Shown here in pieces: positions 9,342 through 18,986 of a DNA stretch of 41,126 bases (position 1 is its first letter; each line of letters starts with the position of its first letter). The notes under the pieces were generated by a model. It was not told where the DNA came from and did no database searches. It saw only the letters and a list, made by a program, of their open reading frames with translations. Where the stretch lies: assembly GCA_034670305.1 (NCBI GenBank), contig JAXMNT010000061.1:1-41126 (forward strand). The letters are read 5' to 3'. The stretch is from Deltaproteobacteria bacterium (GTDB taxonomy: Bacteria > Myxococcota_A > Polyangia > Polyangiales > Houyiibacteriaceae). The translations under genes and the position numbers were made by a program.

Positions 9342-12300
9342 GTGGGAGTAGCCTCGGCACAACGGCCCAATTTGCTCATCATCGGAGAGGGTGAGCCCAT
9401 GGAGGCAGCCATCCGTCAGCAGCTGGAGCGGGCCAAGCTGGTGGTGGGCCGAGCCATGGCGGAGAGCGCCATCGATGCGGTGTCCGAGACCGCCCCCGAC
9501 CTGGTGTTGCTCGTCGGCGACGCCACCCGCGAAGACGGGCTCGCGCTCTTGCGCACCCTGGCGTCCCACCCAGTGACCAGTGTGGTTCCGGTCGCTCTGC
9601 TCATCGACGACGCGAGCCTCGACGAACGGCTGCGCGCCTTCCGGAGCGGCGCGGTCGCGGTGGTCCGGCGGACCGCCTCCGTGTACGAGATCTCCGACCG
9701 CATCGTGGCGCTGTGCAAGGAGCTGCCCGACCGACCCGGCGAAGCCGCGGGGGCCCTCGGAGAAGCCACGCTCGACGAGCTCGTGGCGCTCGTGACCCAA
9801 GAACTTCGGAGCGGCATCCTCTCCATCGAACACAGCGGCAAAGCCGCGCCGGTGCGACTCGTACTCGGCGCGGGCGGCGCGGTGGACGACGCGGTTCGGG
9901 CGTTCGTCGGTCGGCTCAAGCCGCTCGTCGCACAGGCCGAGCCCCTCCACTACGAACTCTACGAGACCTCGGGCCGCCTCAAGCTGATCGATCCCGAAGA
10001 TCACCCGCGAGGCGATCTGGCGATCTTCGGCGGACTGCGAATTCTCCTGATGGAGAACGACCCGCAACGCGCCGACGCGTTGGCCCAGGCGCTTCGCACC
10101 CATGGCGCGCTCGTAGGCGTGACCGACGTCAGCGTGCGCGGCCTCGAGCGGGCGAGTGGCCTCGACCCGACGGTGATCATTCTCGACGCGGGCGCGATGG
10201 AAGGCGTCGGCTTCGAGGCCGTCCGTTACATCCGGCGTGATCTTCGGCTGCGCTGGGCCGGCCTCTTGCTCGCACGCGGGGACGAACTGTGGCCCGCGGC
10301 CACGAGCACGCCGGACGTGGAAGAGATCGCTGGTCGAATCGCGCCGCTCATCGAGTCCGACCGCTGGCTCGTCGACCGGGCCACCAGCGAGTCCGAGTTC
10401 GACGCACGGCTCGAGCCCACCGGTCCCTCTCGGCTCTTGCGCGCGCTCGGCAAGTGCGAGGGCACCCGGCACGTCGTGCTGCGCGCGCAACGGTCGCAGG
10501 TCGCGTTCGACCTCGCCGATGGGCTGCTCGTGGGCGCGGTCGCAGAAGGGGACGACGAACCCCGGGTGGAGGGCATGGAAGCACTCGCGCGTGGGCTGCT
10601 GCTGCAGGCGGCGCGCATCCACGTCGAGCGGGTCTCCCACCCGAAGAGCGCCAGCGTCATGATGCCGGTGGACGAAGCCCTGGACTCGGCTGCATCGCTT
10701 CTTCCCAGAGTCACGCCGAGTTACGCACCTCCGGCCCTCCTTCCCGAGGATCCGGCAGGGGCGCCGAGCGATCCATCGCGCACCCACATGGATGCACCCG
10801 CGGGGCTCGGTCCGGCGACGCCCGCGGAACTGAGCTGGGAAGACGAACCCACGTTGGCCACCAGCATCGAAGACGACGCGGAGCTCCGCGCCATCGCGGC
10901 CTCCCAGAAACAAAAGCGCGAGGACGAACGGTTGGCGCGCGAAGGCAAGCCGCGCGGGCGGAAGAGCTCGCAGATGGTGACCGCACCACCGCCCTGGAGT
11001 GAAGAAGCCGATGAGCAGAGCGGCGAGCTCGATCTGCCGCCGGACCCTCCGCTTGCGCCGCTCCCGCCCCCCGCGGGCATGAGCCCCATCGTGCCCGAGA
11101 AACCCCGCGCGTCGGTCGGGCAGCCCAAGAAGAAGAAGAACAAGGAGATGATGCGGACCATGATGGGTGCGGGCGCAGCGCCTCCCCCACCAGCCGTCGA
11201 AGCCCGGTCCGAGGCCAAGCTCCGCTCCCCCTTTTCGACGCCCGAGGCGAAGCCCGACGAGAAGCCGCCGATGCCTCTGCCGCCGGCGCCGAAGGCTGTG
11301 GTCGGAAGTCGCAAGAAGGCGCGCAAGCTGGCCTCGACGATGATGGGTCTGGCGACGGCGCCCCCCGCCGACGCGGTCGCGCCATCGCCGCCATCCCCGC
11401 CCGCACCCCCAGCCGCATCCCCCGAACCCGTCGCTTCACCGAAGCCGAAGAAGGCACGCGCCCAGACCATGATGGGCGGCATGATCGCCCCGCCCTCGGA
11501 GCCACCGGATCGACCGAGCCTCGAAGAAGTGCTCTTTGAAGACGAGACCGGCGGGTCGGTCGGCAAGAAACCGATCACCGCGACTTCCGAGGGCGTGAAG
11601 AGCGCCGCCCCCGCGTCGGGCGAGTCGCTGCTCGACCTCGAACCGCACTTCTCCGAGCCGCCGCCTGAACCGAAAGAGGCCAGCGGATTCATGCCTGTGG
11701 AGCTGGCTGATCCGAGCGGGTTCGTGGCAGCGGAGTCGGGCATCAAGGACACCATCGACGAGCAGTCGATGAAGCAGGCCCAGGCGTCCGTGACCGACGC
11801 GTTGGGCGCACTGCCGGACGTTCCGGACGAGCCGCCGCCGGCGGGCGCGTTCGAAGCCGCGCCGATGATCATTCCGAAGGTCACGCCGAGCGTGATCGAT
11901 CACCTCAAAGGACCGCCGCCTTCGGCCAAGAAGAAGTCGCGCGGCGCGATCTACGGGGTGCTCGCGGTGCTCGTGCTCGGCGGCCTCGGGGTCGCCGGCT
12001 ACCTGCTGGGGCCCAAGTACTTCCCCCAGTACTTCGCGGAGGCCGAGCCAGTGGTCACCCCGATCGAGCCCATCGAGGGCGTCGAGACCGTGACCGGCAT
12101 CGAGGCCGGCATCGAGACCGGCATCGAGACCGGCACCGAGACCGGCACCGAGACCGAGACGGGCACCGAGACGGGCACCGAGACCGAGACGGGCACCGAG
12201 ACGGGCACCGAGACCGAGACCGGCACCGAGACCGGCACCGAGACCGAGACCGGCACCGAGACCGAGACCGGCACCGAGACCGGCACCGAGACCGAGACCG

Positions 12301-12782
12301 GCACCGAGACCGGCACCGAGACCGAGACCGGCACCGAAACCGAAACCGAAACCGAGACCGGGACCGAGACCGAGACCGAGACCGGCACCGAGACCGAGAC
12401 CGAGACCGGTGACACCCAGCTGACCGAACGGGAGCGCGAACAGCGGTCCGACGTTCTGGCCCGCGACGGAGCCCGGGCCGTGGCCCGCGGCGAACTCGAC
12501 GAAGCCACCGCCACCATTCGGCGCGCGCTCGCCCTCGACCCAGAGAACCCGCGGGCATTTGCCGCCAACGCGGCGCTCTTCATCGCCCGCGAAGACGGTG
12601 CACAGGCGGTCGAGTGGGCCGAGAAGGCGGTCCGTCGCCGGGCCCGTCGGTCCGAGTACCACGTGCTCCTCGGCGATGCGCGGCGCTTGGCGGGCAACGA
12701 AGTGGCCGCTCGACGGGCCTGGGAGCGTGCGCTCGAAGTCGATCCCGACAACCGGACCGCGGCACGCCGGTTGCGTCGCTGA
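9342..12782 (+). CDS. Large bitopic protein: receiver-like and DUF4388-like domains, Pro-rich linker, TM, TE/TG repeats, C-terminal TPRs
   Basis: Two receiver-like folds (APDLVLLV; DPTVIILD), two GxL..L..L...(S)G.L-type DUF4388-like segments, TM AIYGVLAVLVLGGLGVAGYLL, TPRs (RALALDPEN; RALEVDPDN). GTG start at 9342 chosen to avoid overlap with the kinase. Confidence 0.8.
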   Translation: MGVASAQRPNLLIIGEGEPMEAAIRQQLERAKLVVGRAMAESAIDAVSETAPDLVLLVGDATREDGLALLRTLASHPVTSVVPVALLIDDASLDERLRAFRSGAVAVVRRTASVYEISDRIVALCKELPDRPGEAAGALGEATLDELVALVTQELRSGILSIEHSGKAAPVRLVLGAGGAVDDAVRAFVGRLKPLVAQAEPLHYELYETSGRLKLIDPEDHPRGDLAIFGGLRILLMENDPQRADALAQALRTHGALVGVTDVSVRGLERASGLDPTVIILDAGAMEGVGFEAVRYIRRDLRLRWAGLLLARGDELWPAATSTPDVEEIAGRIAPLIESDRWLVDRATSESEFDARLEPTGPSRLLRALGKCEGTRHVVLRAQRSQVAFDLADGLLVGAVAEGDDEPRVEGMEALARGLLLQAARIHVERVSHPKSASVMMPVDEALDSAASLLPRVTPSYAPPALLPEDPAGAPSDPSRTHMDAPAGLGPATPAELSWEDEPTLATSIEDDAELRAIAASQKQKREDERLAREGKPRGRKSSQMVTAPPPWSEEADEQSGELDLPPDPPLAPLPPPAGMSPIVPEKPRASVGQPKKKKNKEMMRTMMGAGAAPPPPAVEARSEAKLRSPFSTPEAKPDEKPPMPLPPAPKAVVGSRKKARKLASTMMGLATAPPADAVAPSPPSPPAPPAASPEPVASPKPKKARAQTMMGGMIAPPSEPPDRPSLEEVLFEDETGGSVGKKPITATSEGVKSAAPASGESLLDLEPHFSEPPPEPKEASGFMPVELADPSGFVAAESGIKDTIDEQSMKQAQASVTDALGALPDVPDEPPPAGAFEAAPMIIPKVTPSVIDHLKGPPPSAKKKSRGAIYGVLAVLVLGGLGVAGYLLGPKYFPQYFAEAEPVVTPIEPIEGVETVTGIEAGIETGIETGTETGTETETGTETGTETETGTETGTETETGTETGTETETGTETETGTETGTETETGTETGTETETGTETETETETGTETETETGTETETETGDTQLTEREREQRSDVLARDGARAVARGELDEATATIRRALALDPENPRAFAANAALFIAREDGAQAVEWAEKAVRRRARRSEYHVLLGDARRLAGNEVAARRAWERALEVDPDNRTAARRLRR
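12083..12410 (+). repeat. In-frame ACCGAG/ACCGGC array (TETG repeats)
   Basis: About 50 hexamer units encoding (TE/TG)n between the TM helix and the TPRs. Confidence 0.95.
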
Positions 12783-12941
12783 TTGCTGCACGACGGGCCT
12801 GGCTCGCTTCGCGAGACTGGCGGCCCTGATTCGGCGTCCAGAGCCTGGGCTCGCTTCGCTCGACGGGCGGCCAGTATCAACTGTAAGCCTTCGATCTGTC
12901 TCGAGCCCAAGGGCGGGCTACCATGCGCGCAGGAGTTCTCC

Positions 12942-14027
12942 ATGACCCGCGTCGCCCTTCTCTGCTTGTGTCTCTCTGTTGTTGCATTTGCGTGCGCGCC
13001 CACCACGGGCGGCCGCCCCGGACGGGACTCCGGTGGCGCCGGCGAAGACTCCGGTGTGATGGGGGTCGACGTGGGACCGCCGCGAGACGTGGGCCCCTTG
13101 CCCGACACCGGCGGCGGCGAATGCTCTGCCGTGACCGTCGGTGCCGAGTCGAGCATCGCGCCCGTCGACATCGTGTGGATCATCGACAACTCCGGCTCGA
13201 TGAGTGACGAGGCGAGCCTCGTCCAGGAACGCATGAACGACTTCGCGGCCGGCATCGTCGCGACCGGCCTCGACATTCACGTCGTCCTGATCACCGCGGC
13301 GGGCTTCGTCACCGTGCCGCCCCCGCTCGGCACCGATCCCACCCAGTTCCTCCGCATCGAAGAAGACGTGCAGTCGACCAACTCGCTCGAGAAGCTGCTC
13401 TCGACCTACGACCGCTGGCAGCCGTTCTTGCGTCGCAGCGCGGGCCTGCACTTCGTCATCGTCACCGACGACGAGAGCAACATGCCGGAGGCCACCTTCC
13501 GCACGATGATGCAGGAGCGACTGCTGCGGACCTTCCGCGCCCATGTGATCGTCTCGCCGCCCGGCTCGACCCACAGCTTCGGCGGTTTCCGGATGGACGG
13601 GTGCTCCGGCCCGCGAGACGACGCGGCCGACAACGGCGACATCTACTGGGCACTCGCCTCCAACACCGGTGGTCTGCAGATGAACATCTGCGACGAGGAC
13701 TGGAGCCGGCTCTTCACCGAACTCAACCGCGCGATCGCGGTGCCGGTCACCCTGCCGTGCGTGTACGAGATGCCGCCGCCGCCCGAGGGGGAGTCGCTCG
13801 ATCCCCTTCGCGTCAACGTCGAGTACACGTCGGGCGCCGGCGTGGTCGAGACGATCCCGAACGTTGGCACCTACGAGCGCTGCACCGGTGAGGGCTGGTA
13901 CTACGAGGGCGAAGACCCGGCGAACCCAGAACGCATCGTGCTCTGCCCGAACACGTGTCGCCGGCTCGAGCTGGACGGATCCGGCGTGGTGCGCATCGCC
14001 CTTGGTTGCGCGACGATCCTCATCTGA
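12942..14027 (+). CDS. vWA (MIDAS) domain lipoprotein with Cys-rich C-terminal domain
   Basis: MTRVALLCLCLSVVAFAC lipobox, DIVWIIDNSGSM MIDAS, IVTDDES, C-terminal C..GWYY..VLCPNTC..GC. AGGAG precedes the ATG. Confidence 0.85.
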   Translation: MTRVALLCLCLSVVAFACAPTTGGRPGRDSGGAGEDSGVMGVDVGPPRDVGPLPDTGGGECSAVTVGAESSIAPVDIVWIIDNSGSMSDEASLVQERMNDFAAGIVATGLDIHVVLITAAGFVTVPPPLGTDPTQFLRIEEDVQSTNSLEKLLSTYDRWQPFLRRSAGLHFVIVTDDESNMPEATFRTMMQERLLRTFRAHVIVSPPGSTHSFGGFRMDGCSGPRDDAADNGDIYWALASNTGGLQMNICDEDWSRLFTELNRAIAVPVTLPCVYEMPPPPEGESLDPLRVNVEYTSGAGVVETIPNVGTYERCTGEGWYYEGEDPANPERIVLCPNTCRRLELDGSGVVRIALGCATILI

Positions 14028-14131
14028 GCGCCGACCCTGCGGAGGATGTCTTCCGGGCCCGTGCGCGACCGACGCAACGCGGGCCTGCGGAATACCTGCG
14101 CTTTGGTCGCGCGTGTACTAGTGCGGTGATC

Positions 14132-14674
14132 ATGCGTGCACTGCTGGCGATCGCGATGTGTCTTGGCTGCAGCCATGGCTGCGGCGGCGAACCGACGACC
14201 ACCACGGAAGTCGCGGAGACCGAAGGCACGACCGGACGGGATCGCCCGCCGGCGACGCAGACCGAGCCGGAGACGGTCGCGGAGACGCCGCTCGATCCCG
14301 CGCCGGCTCCTTCCCTCCGCCTGATCACCGCCCTCGACGGAGAAGGCGCCACGGTCCGGGTCCAGAACCACGGGACCGCCTTGGCGAGACTCCAGGGACG
14401 CGTCTCGGTGCAGCGGCAGGACGGGGACTCGTGGGAAGAGCTCACCGGTGGGTTCGGGTTGCGCGCCCGCTGCCAGGACGAGGTCCCGGACTGCGTCGAC
14501 CTCGCGCCCGGTGGTGAACTCCGCCCGCCCGCGTGGCTCGGTTCCCGTGGCGACGCGCAGTGCGCCTGCAACCGCTGCGCCCCGGTCGACGGCACCGTTC
14601 GGTTCGTGGTCCGCAGCTGCGCCCCCGAAGGCCACACCCCCCACGAAGTCGCCAGCGCGCCCTTCGAGATCTAG
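14132..14674 (+). CDS. Putative Cys-rich lipoprotein
   Basis: MRALLAIAMCLGCSHGC signal/lipobox, Thr/Glu linker, beta-rich domain with QCACNRC. Confidence 0.7.
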   Translation: MRALLAIAMCLGCSHGCGGEPTTTTEVAETEGTTGRDRPPATQTEPETVAETPLDPAPAPSLRLITALDGEGATVRVQNHGTALARLQGRVSVQRQDGDSWEELTGGFGLRARCQDEVPDCVDLAPGGELRPPAWLGSRGDAQCACNRCAPVDGTVRFVVRSCAPEGHTPHEVASAPFEI

Positions 14675-14773
14675 CCGCGTGCGAAAGCGCGCGGCTCCCG
14701 TGCCCGTGCCCGTGCCCGTGCCCGGTTTGCGTACGAACACGCCGCCCGTGCCCGTGCCCCTATACCCGTGCCC
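14671..14773 (+). repeat. CTAG-hairpin-hexamer intergenic element, copy B
   Basis: CT-AGCCGCGTGC-GAAA-GCGCGCGGCT, then (CCCGTG)4CCC, with more CCCGTG units at 14745-14773. Lies between convergent genes. Confidence 0.75.
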
Positions 14774-14794
14774 GAGCCGGCTGCACCCAACCCG

Positions 14795-15649
14795 CTACCG
14801 CACCGCCACCAACCGCGGCGCCACCAGCTCGAGCAGCTCCGTCTTCATGCCGCCTCGGTGCGGCGGCGCCCACACCAACTCGAACTCCGCGATGTCGTTC
14901 GCATCCATCGACGCGATGGACTCGAGGAATGCGGCGACTCGAGAGTGGTCCGAGGGGTCGGGCACGGCGGGCAGCTTCGCACGGGCGGCGAGCACCACGG
15001 TCGCCAGCGCGCATGTTCCAGAGGGACCGCCGCGCAAACTCGACTGCTCGCCGCGCACCGCGCCGGAGCGCGCCAAGCCCACTTCTTCGAAGAACGCCTC
15101 GCGCGCAGGGGCACCGCTCGACGACTGGCCCGACGCCACGAACGTGTGGGTCCAGTCGGCGTCGATCTGGCGCAGCGCGTCCATCAAGATCGGAAGCGCG
15201 CGCACCGCGTCGTCGTCGGTCACAGCGAAACGCGCGATCCGCTCGACCAGCGATTCTCGCCGCGCGGAAGCGAACGCGATCTGGACGACGACGACGTGGA
15301 CAGGGCCCGAGAACGGATCGTCCACGGGCGCACCTTCTTCCGGCGGCATGTGGAACCGGTTGGTTCCGGATGGCCACTCGGGCTGGATCCGGCGAGTGCC
15401 CCGCCGCAAGCCGCGCCAGATGATGAAGGCGATGCCGGCGATGGCACCGCCTCCCATGAGCGCGAGTTGGAGCGGTGGCGTCCGGTGAAACTGCTGGACC
15501 CCGCTGGCGTGGGCTGGGGACTCTGGCTCGAACGCGTCGTCGAGCAGGCCGAGCAGGAGGTAGCCGAACACGCCGCATGCGACGAACATCAGCGGGGCCC
15601 ATGCGAGCCCCCCACCCGACCGTGAGGCGCGTTGAGCCCCGCGCGTCAC
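14795..15649 (-). CDS. DUF1517-like membrane protein
   Basis: Two TM helices, then VVVVQIAF...LATVVLAA...LP...ELVWAP...ELL..P.L, matching the DUF1517 pattern. GTG overlaps the upstream TGA. Confidence 0.65.
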   Translation of the reverse strand: MTRGAQRASRSGGGLAWAPLMFVACGVFGYLLLGLLDDAFEPESPAHASGVQQFHRTPPLQLALMGGGAIAGIAFIIWRGLRRGTRRIQPEWPSGTNRFHMPPEEGAPVDDPFSGPVHVVVVQIAFASARRESLVERIARFAVTDDDAVRALPILMDALRQIDADWTHTFVASGQSSSGAPAREAFFEEVGLARSGAVRGEQSSLRGGPSGTCALATVVLAARAKLPAVPDPSDHSRVAAFLESIASMDANDIAEFELVWAPPHRGGMKTELLELVAPRLVAVR

Positions 15650-16440
15650 GGAGCTTCGACGGGGGTGGGCGTCGGCAACCAGGCTTCGAGCACGCCGCCC
15701 GGTTCGTACCCGTTGCCGATGAGGATGTGCTCGAGCACGCCGGCCAACACGAACGGAACCAGCACCACCAGCAGCGACGCGAACTTGCTCACGCCGCACG
15801 ACCGAATCGCCGCGTGGCGAAGCGCGACGAAGTGCACCACGAGCGGCATCGCCACCAGCAATAGCGCGAGGAACAGAATCGCGACGCTCGACGACGCGGA
15901 CTTCGGCAGGGCCCAGTGCATCAGGCCGGCCGCCAGTCCCATCGTGCCCTGGAGCGGGATCCAGTGCGCCCTCAACAGCATGGCGCGCCACGCGACGCGC
16001 GCGAGGTTCTCGTCCTTGGCACCGGCGGGCACCTGCCCGAAGGCGCGGGCGAGGCTCGCGAAGCTCACACCCATCGCGACGAATCGAACGCTGCACACCA
16101 AGAGGCCGATGCCCATCGCGTGGAAGACGTCGAGTCCGACGTCACCGCGTCCTTGGCGCACCACGATGCCGAACCCGTCGCCGAAACTCAGCGTGTGGGT
16201 GTACGGGATGATGCCCTGGAGCAGCGCGAGCGGAACGAAGGTGAGGATGCAGAAGAACAGCGCCGGTGCGACCTTCTCGCCGAGCGCGTAGCCACCGCTG
16301 CTGAGGATCGGGTGCACGGACTCCCGCAACGTTCCGAAGAACCCACGCAACAGCCCGCGTCGCTCGATGGCGAGCTCGGGATCGTCCTCGACCGACTCGG
16401 GGACGTAGGGCTGTTCTTCGTGCTCGTCGTGCCGCTCCAT
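15646..16440 (-). CDS. Hypothetical multi-pass membrane protein
   Basis: About 5 hydrophobic helices. Coding-like codon usage. Stop coupled to the next gene. Confidence 0.75.
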   Translation of the reverse strand: MERHDEHEEQPYVPESVEDDPELAIERRGLLRGFFGTLRESVHPILSSGGYALGEKVAPALFFCILTFVPLALLQGIIPYTHTLSFGDGFGIVVRQGRGDVGLDVFHAMGIGLLVCSVRFVAMGVSFASLARAFGQVPAGAKDENLARVAWRAMLLRAHWIPLQGTMGLAAGLMHWALPKSASSSVAILFLALLLVAMPLVVHFVALRHAAIRSCGVSKFASLLVVLVPFVLAGVLEHILIGNGYEPGGVLEAWLPTPTPVEAP

Positions 16441-16571
16441 GATCGATCGGACTAGAGCACATCCGGGTGGTCGGCGTCAGTCAACGCGCGCCATCTGTCG
16501 TGCGCTGGCAGTGACCGCAACCGACTTCGCTCCGACCTTCGCATCAGGGGCAAGGGCAACCGGACGCCCGG

Positions 16572-17939
16572 TCAGACCATCTCGAGAAAGAGGCGGTCGG
16601 GTTCTTCGAGGTAGCGGATGATGTCGTACGCAAACGCGGCGCCGACGTGGCCGTCGACGATGCGGTGGTCGAAGCTCAACGAGAGCAGCATCACGTTGCC
16701 GATGACGATCTGCCCGTCGCGCACGACCGGCTTCTCCTTCATCTGGTGCACCCCGAGTATGCCCACTTCGGGGTGGTTCAGGATCGGCGTCGCGAAGAGT
16801 CCGCCCTGCCGGCCGAGCGAGGTGATCGTGAACGTCGATCCGGACAGCTCGTCGGCCGACAACGTGCCGGCGCGCGCGCCCTCGCCGAGTCGGTCGATCT
16901 CCCGTGCGATGTCGAGGATGCTCCGCTGGTCCGCGTCTCGCACCACCGGCACCATCAGTCCCGCCGGCGTCGCGGCCGCGATGCCGATGTGGAAGTAGTT
17001 CCGGTACACGAGCTCATTGCTCGACTCGTCGAGCGCGGTGTTGAGCACCGGGTGCTTCTTCAGCGCGCCGACCACCGCTTTGACGATGAACGGCAGGTAG
17101 CTGAGTTTGACGCCGGCTTCTTCCGCGGCCGGCTTCAACCGCCCACGCAGCGCCATCAGCGGATCGCAATGACACTCCTCGACGAAGGTGAAGTGCGCCG
17201 CGGTGTTCTTCGTCGTCTGCATGCGCTGCGCGATCTTGCGGCGGATGCCGACGAAGGGCGTGCGCGTCTCGCGGGACGCATCGTCGACCGCGATCGGGGC
17301 GGCCGGCCGGGTCGATGCCGCGGGGCTCGGATGAGGCGCAGTCGGTGCGCCTTCCGCGAACCCCCGCACGTCGTCGCGCGTGGTCCGGCCGCTCGGACCC
17401 GACGGCGCCACCCGCCGCAGATCCACGCCGAGGTCCCGCGCCAGTTTGCGTGTCGCAGGCGTCGCCAGCGGTTTGGCCTGGAAGAAGTCGATCGGTCGGG
17501 ACGCGCTGGCAGACGAAGCGGCCTTCGGCGCCTTCGCCGGCGCCGGTCCGCCACTGCCACCCTTGGCCCCGCCGTTGGCGCCGGACTCGAAGTAGTTGGA
17601 GCCCGGAAGACCATCCTTGATGTCGCCGACGGCGGTTGCGGCGGGACCTTCGTCCTTCTTCCCTTCCGGAGACTTGGCCTCGACGGGCTCCGCGGTGCCG
17701 TCCTGATCGATGACGACGATCACCTGGCCCACGAGCGCCACCGCGCCGACCCCGAAGCGCAGGTCGTGGATCGTGCCGGCGCGCGGCGCACCGATGGTCA
17801 CGGTGGCCTTGTCGGTCATCACCTCGACCATCGGATCGTCTTCTGCGACCACATCGCCCACGGCGACCAGCCACTCCACGATCTCGCCTTCGCTGACGCC
17901 CTCACCGATGTCGGGGAGCCTGAACTCGAAGTTCGCCAT
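16572..17939 (-). CDS. 2-oxoacid dehydrogenase E2, dihydrolipoamide acyltransferase
   Basis: Lipoyl domain (PDIGEG...EVMTDKA), E3-binding ATPATRKLA, catalytic DHRIVDG. Confidence 0.96.
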   Translation of the reverse strand: MANFEFRLPDIGEGVSEGEIVEWLVAVGDVVAEDDPMVEVMTDKATVTIGAPRAGTIHDLRFGVGAVALVGQVIVVIDQDGTAEPVEAKSPEGKKDEGPAATAVGDIKDGLPGSNYFESGANGGAKGGSGGPAPAKAPKAASSASASRPIDFFQAKPLATPATRKLARDLGVDLRRVAPSGPSGRTTRDDVRGFAEGAPTAPHPSPAASTRPAAPIAVDDASRETRTPFVGIRRKIAQRMQTTKNTAAHFTFVEECHCDPLMALRGRLKPAAEEAGVKLSYLPFIVKAVVGALKKHPVLNTALDESSNELVYRNYFHIGIAAATPAGLMVPVVRDADQRSILDIAREIDRLGEGARAGTLSADELSGSTFTITSLGRQGGLFATPILNHPEVGILGVHQMKEKPVVRDGQIVIGNVMLLSLSFDHRIVDGHVGAAFAYDIIRYLEEPDRLFLEMV

Positions 17940-17993
17940 CTCTCGGTCCTCTAAGTCTCTGTGCTCGGTACTGCGTTCGGTGACTGCTCGACG

Positions 17994-18974
17994 TCAGGGG
18001 ACGTAGCGGGCGGTCTCGAGAAGCGCGGGGGTGATTCGATGCTGGAGTGGCAGGTATTCCATCTCCAGCGTGTAGGGGAACGGCGTGTCCCATCCGGTGA
18101 CGCGCACGGGCGGGGCTTCGAGGTGTACGAAACACTTCTCCACCACCATCGAAAGAAGTTCGGCGCCGAACCCGCAGGCCTTCGGCGCTTCGTGCACGAT
18201 GACGACGCGGCCGGTCTTCTTCACCGATTCGACAATCGTGTCGATGTCCACGGGCCAGAGCGTGCGCAGGTCGATGACCTCGGCGCGCACCCCTTCGCCG
18301 CCGATCTCTTCCGCGCTCGCGAGCGCCTCGAAGAGCATCGCGCCCCAGGCGATGACGGTGACGTCTTCGCCTTCGCGCACGACCTTCGCTTTGCCGATCG
18401 GGAGCGTGTACTCCTCTTCGGGGACTTCCATCTTCACCGCGCGGTAGACCCGCTTCGGCTCGAAGAACATCACCGGATCGTCGTCGCGGATCGCGCTGAG
18501 CAGCAGCCCCTTGGCGTCGTAGGGGTTGCTCGGGCACACGACCTTCAAACCGGCGGTGTGAATGAAGAGCGACTCGGGCGACTGCGAATGGTAGTGCCCG
18601 CCGCGAATGCCGCCGCCCACCGGCGTGCGGATCACCATCGGCGCCGTGTACTCGCCACCGCTTCGGTAGCGGTACTTCGCGACCTCGCTGACGATCTGGT
18701 CGAACGCGGGGAAGATGAAATCAGAGAACTGGATCTCCGGCACCGGCCGCAGGCCGTAGAGCGCCATGCCGAGCGCCGCGCCGATGATGCCGCCTTCGGC
18801 GAGCGGCGTGTCGATCACGCGGTCTTCGCCGAACTCGTCGTAGAGCCCTTGGGTGACTCGAAACACGCCGCCGACTTTGCCGACGTCTTCACCGAGCACG
18901 ACGACGTCGGGATCGGCGCGCATCTCGGAGGCGAGTGCGCTGTTGATGGCCTGCACCAGGTTCATTTGAGGCAT
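17994..18974 (-). CDS. 2-oxoacid (probably branched-chain) dehydrogenase E1 beta subunit
   Basis: [35 protein letters not shown]. Confidence 0.96.
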   Translation of the reverse strand: MPQMNLVQAINSALASEMRADPDVVVLGEDVGKVGGVFRVTQGLYDEFGEDRVIDTPLAEGGIIGAALGMALYGLRPVPEIQFSDFIFPAFDQIVSEVAKYRYRSGGEYTAPMVIRTPVGGGIRGGHYHSQSPESLFIHTAGLKVVCPSNPYDAKGLLLSAIRDDDPVMFFEPKRVYRAVKMEVPEEEYTLPIGKAKVVREGEDVTVIAWGAMLFEALASAEEIGGEGVRAEVIDLRTLWPVDIDTIVESVKKTGRVVIVHEAPKACGFGAELLSMVVEKCFVHLEAPPVRVTGWDTPFPYTLEMEYLPLQHRITPALLETARYVP

Positions 18975-18986
18975 CTGTCGACGTCC

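Noticed and set aside
9241-9351. 36-aa ORF starting at the ATGA overlap with the kinase stop
   Set aside because: Poor codon bias and no motif. More likely the promoter region of the next gene.
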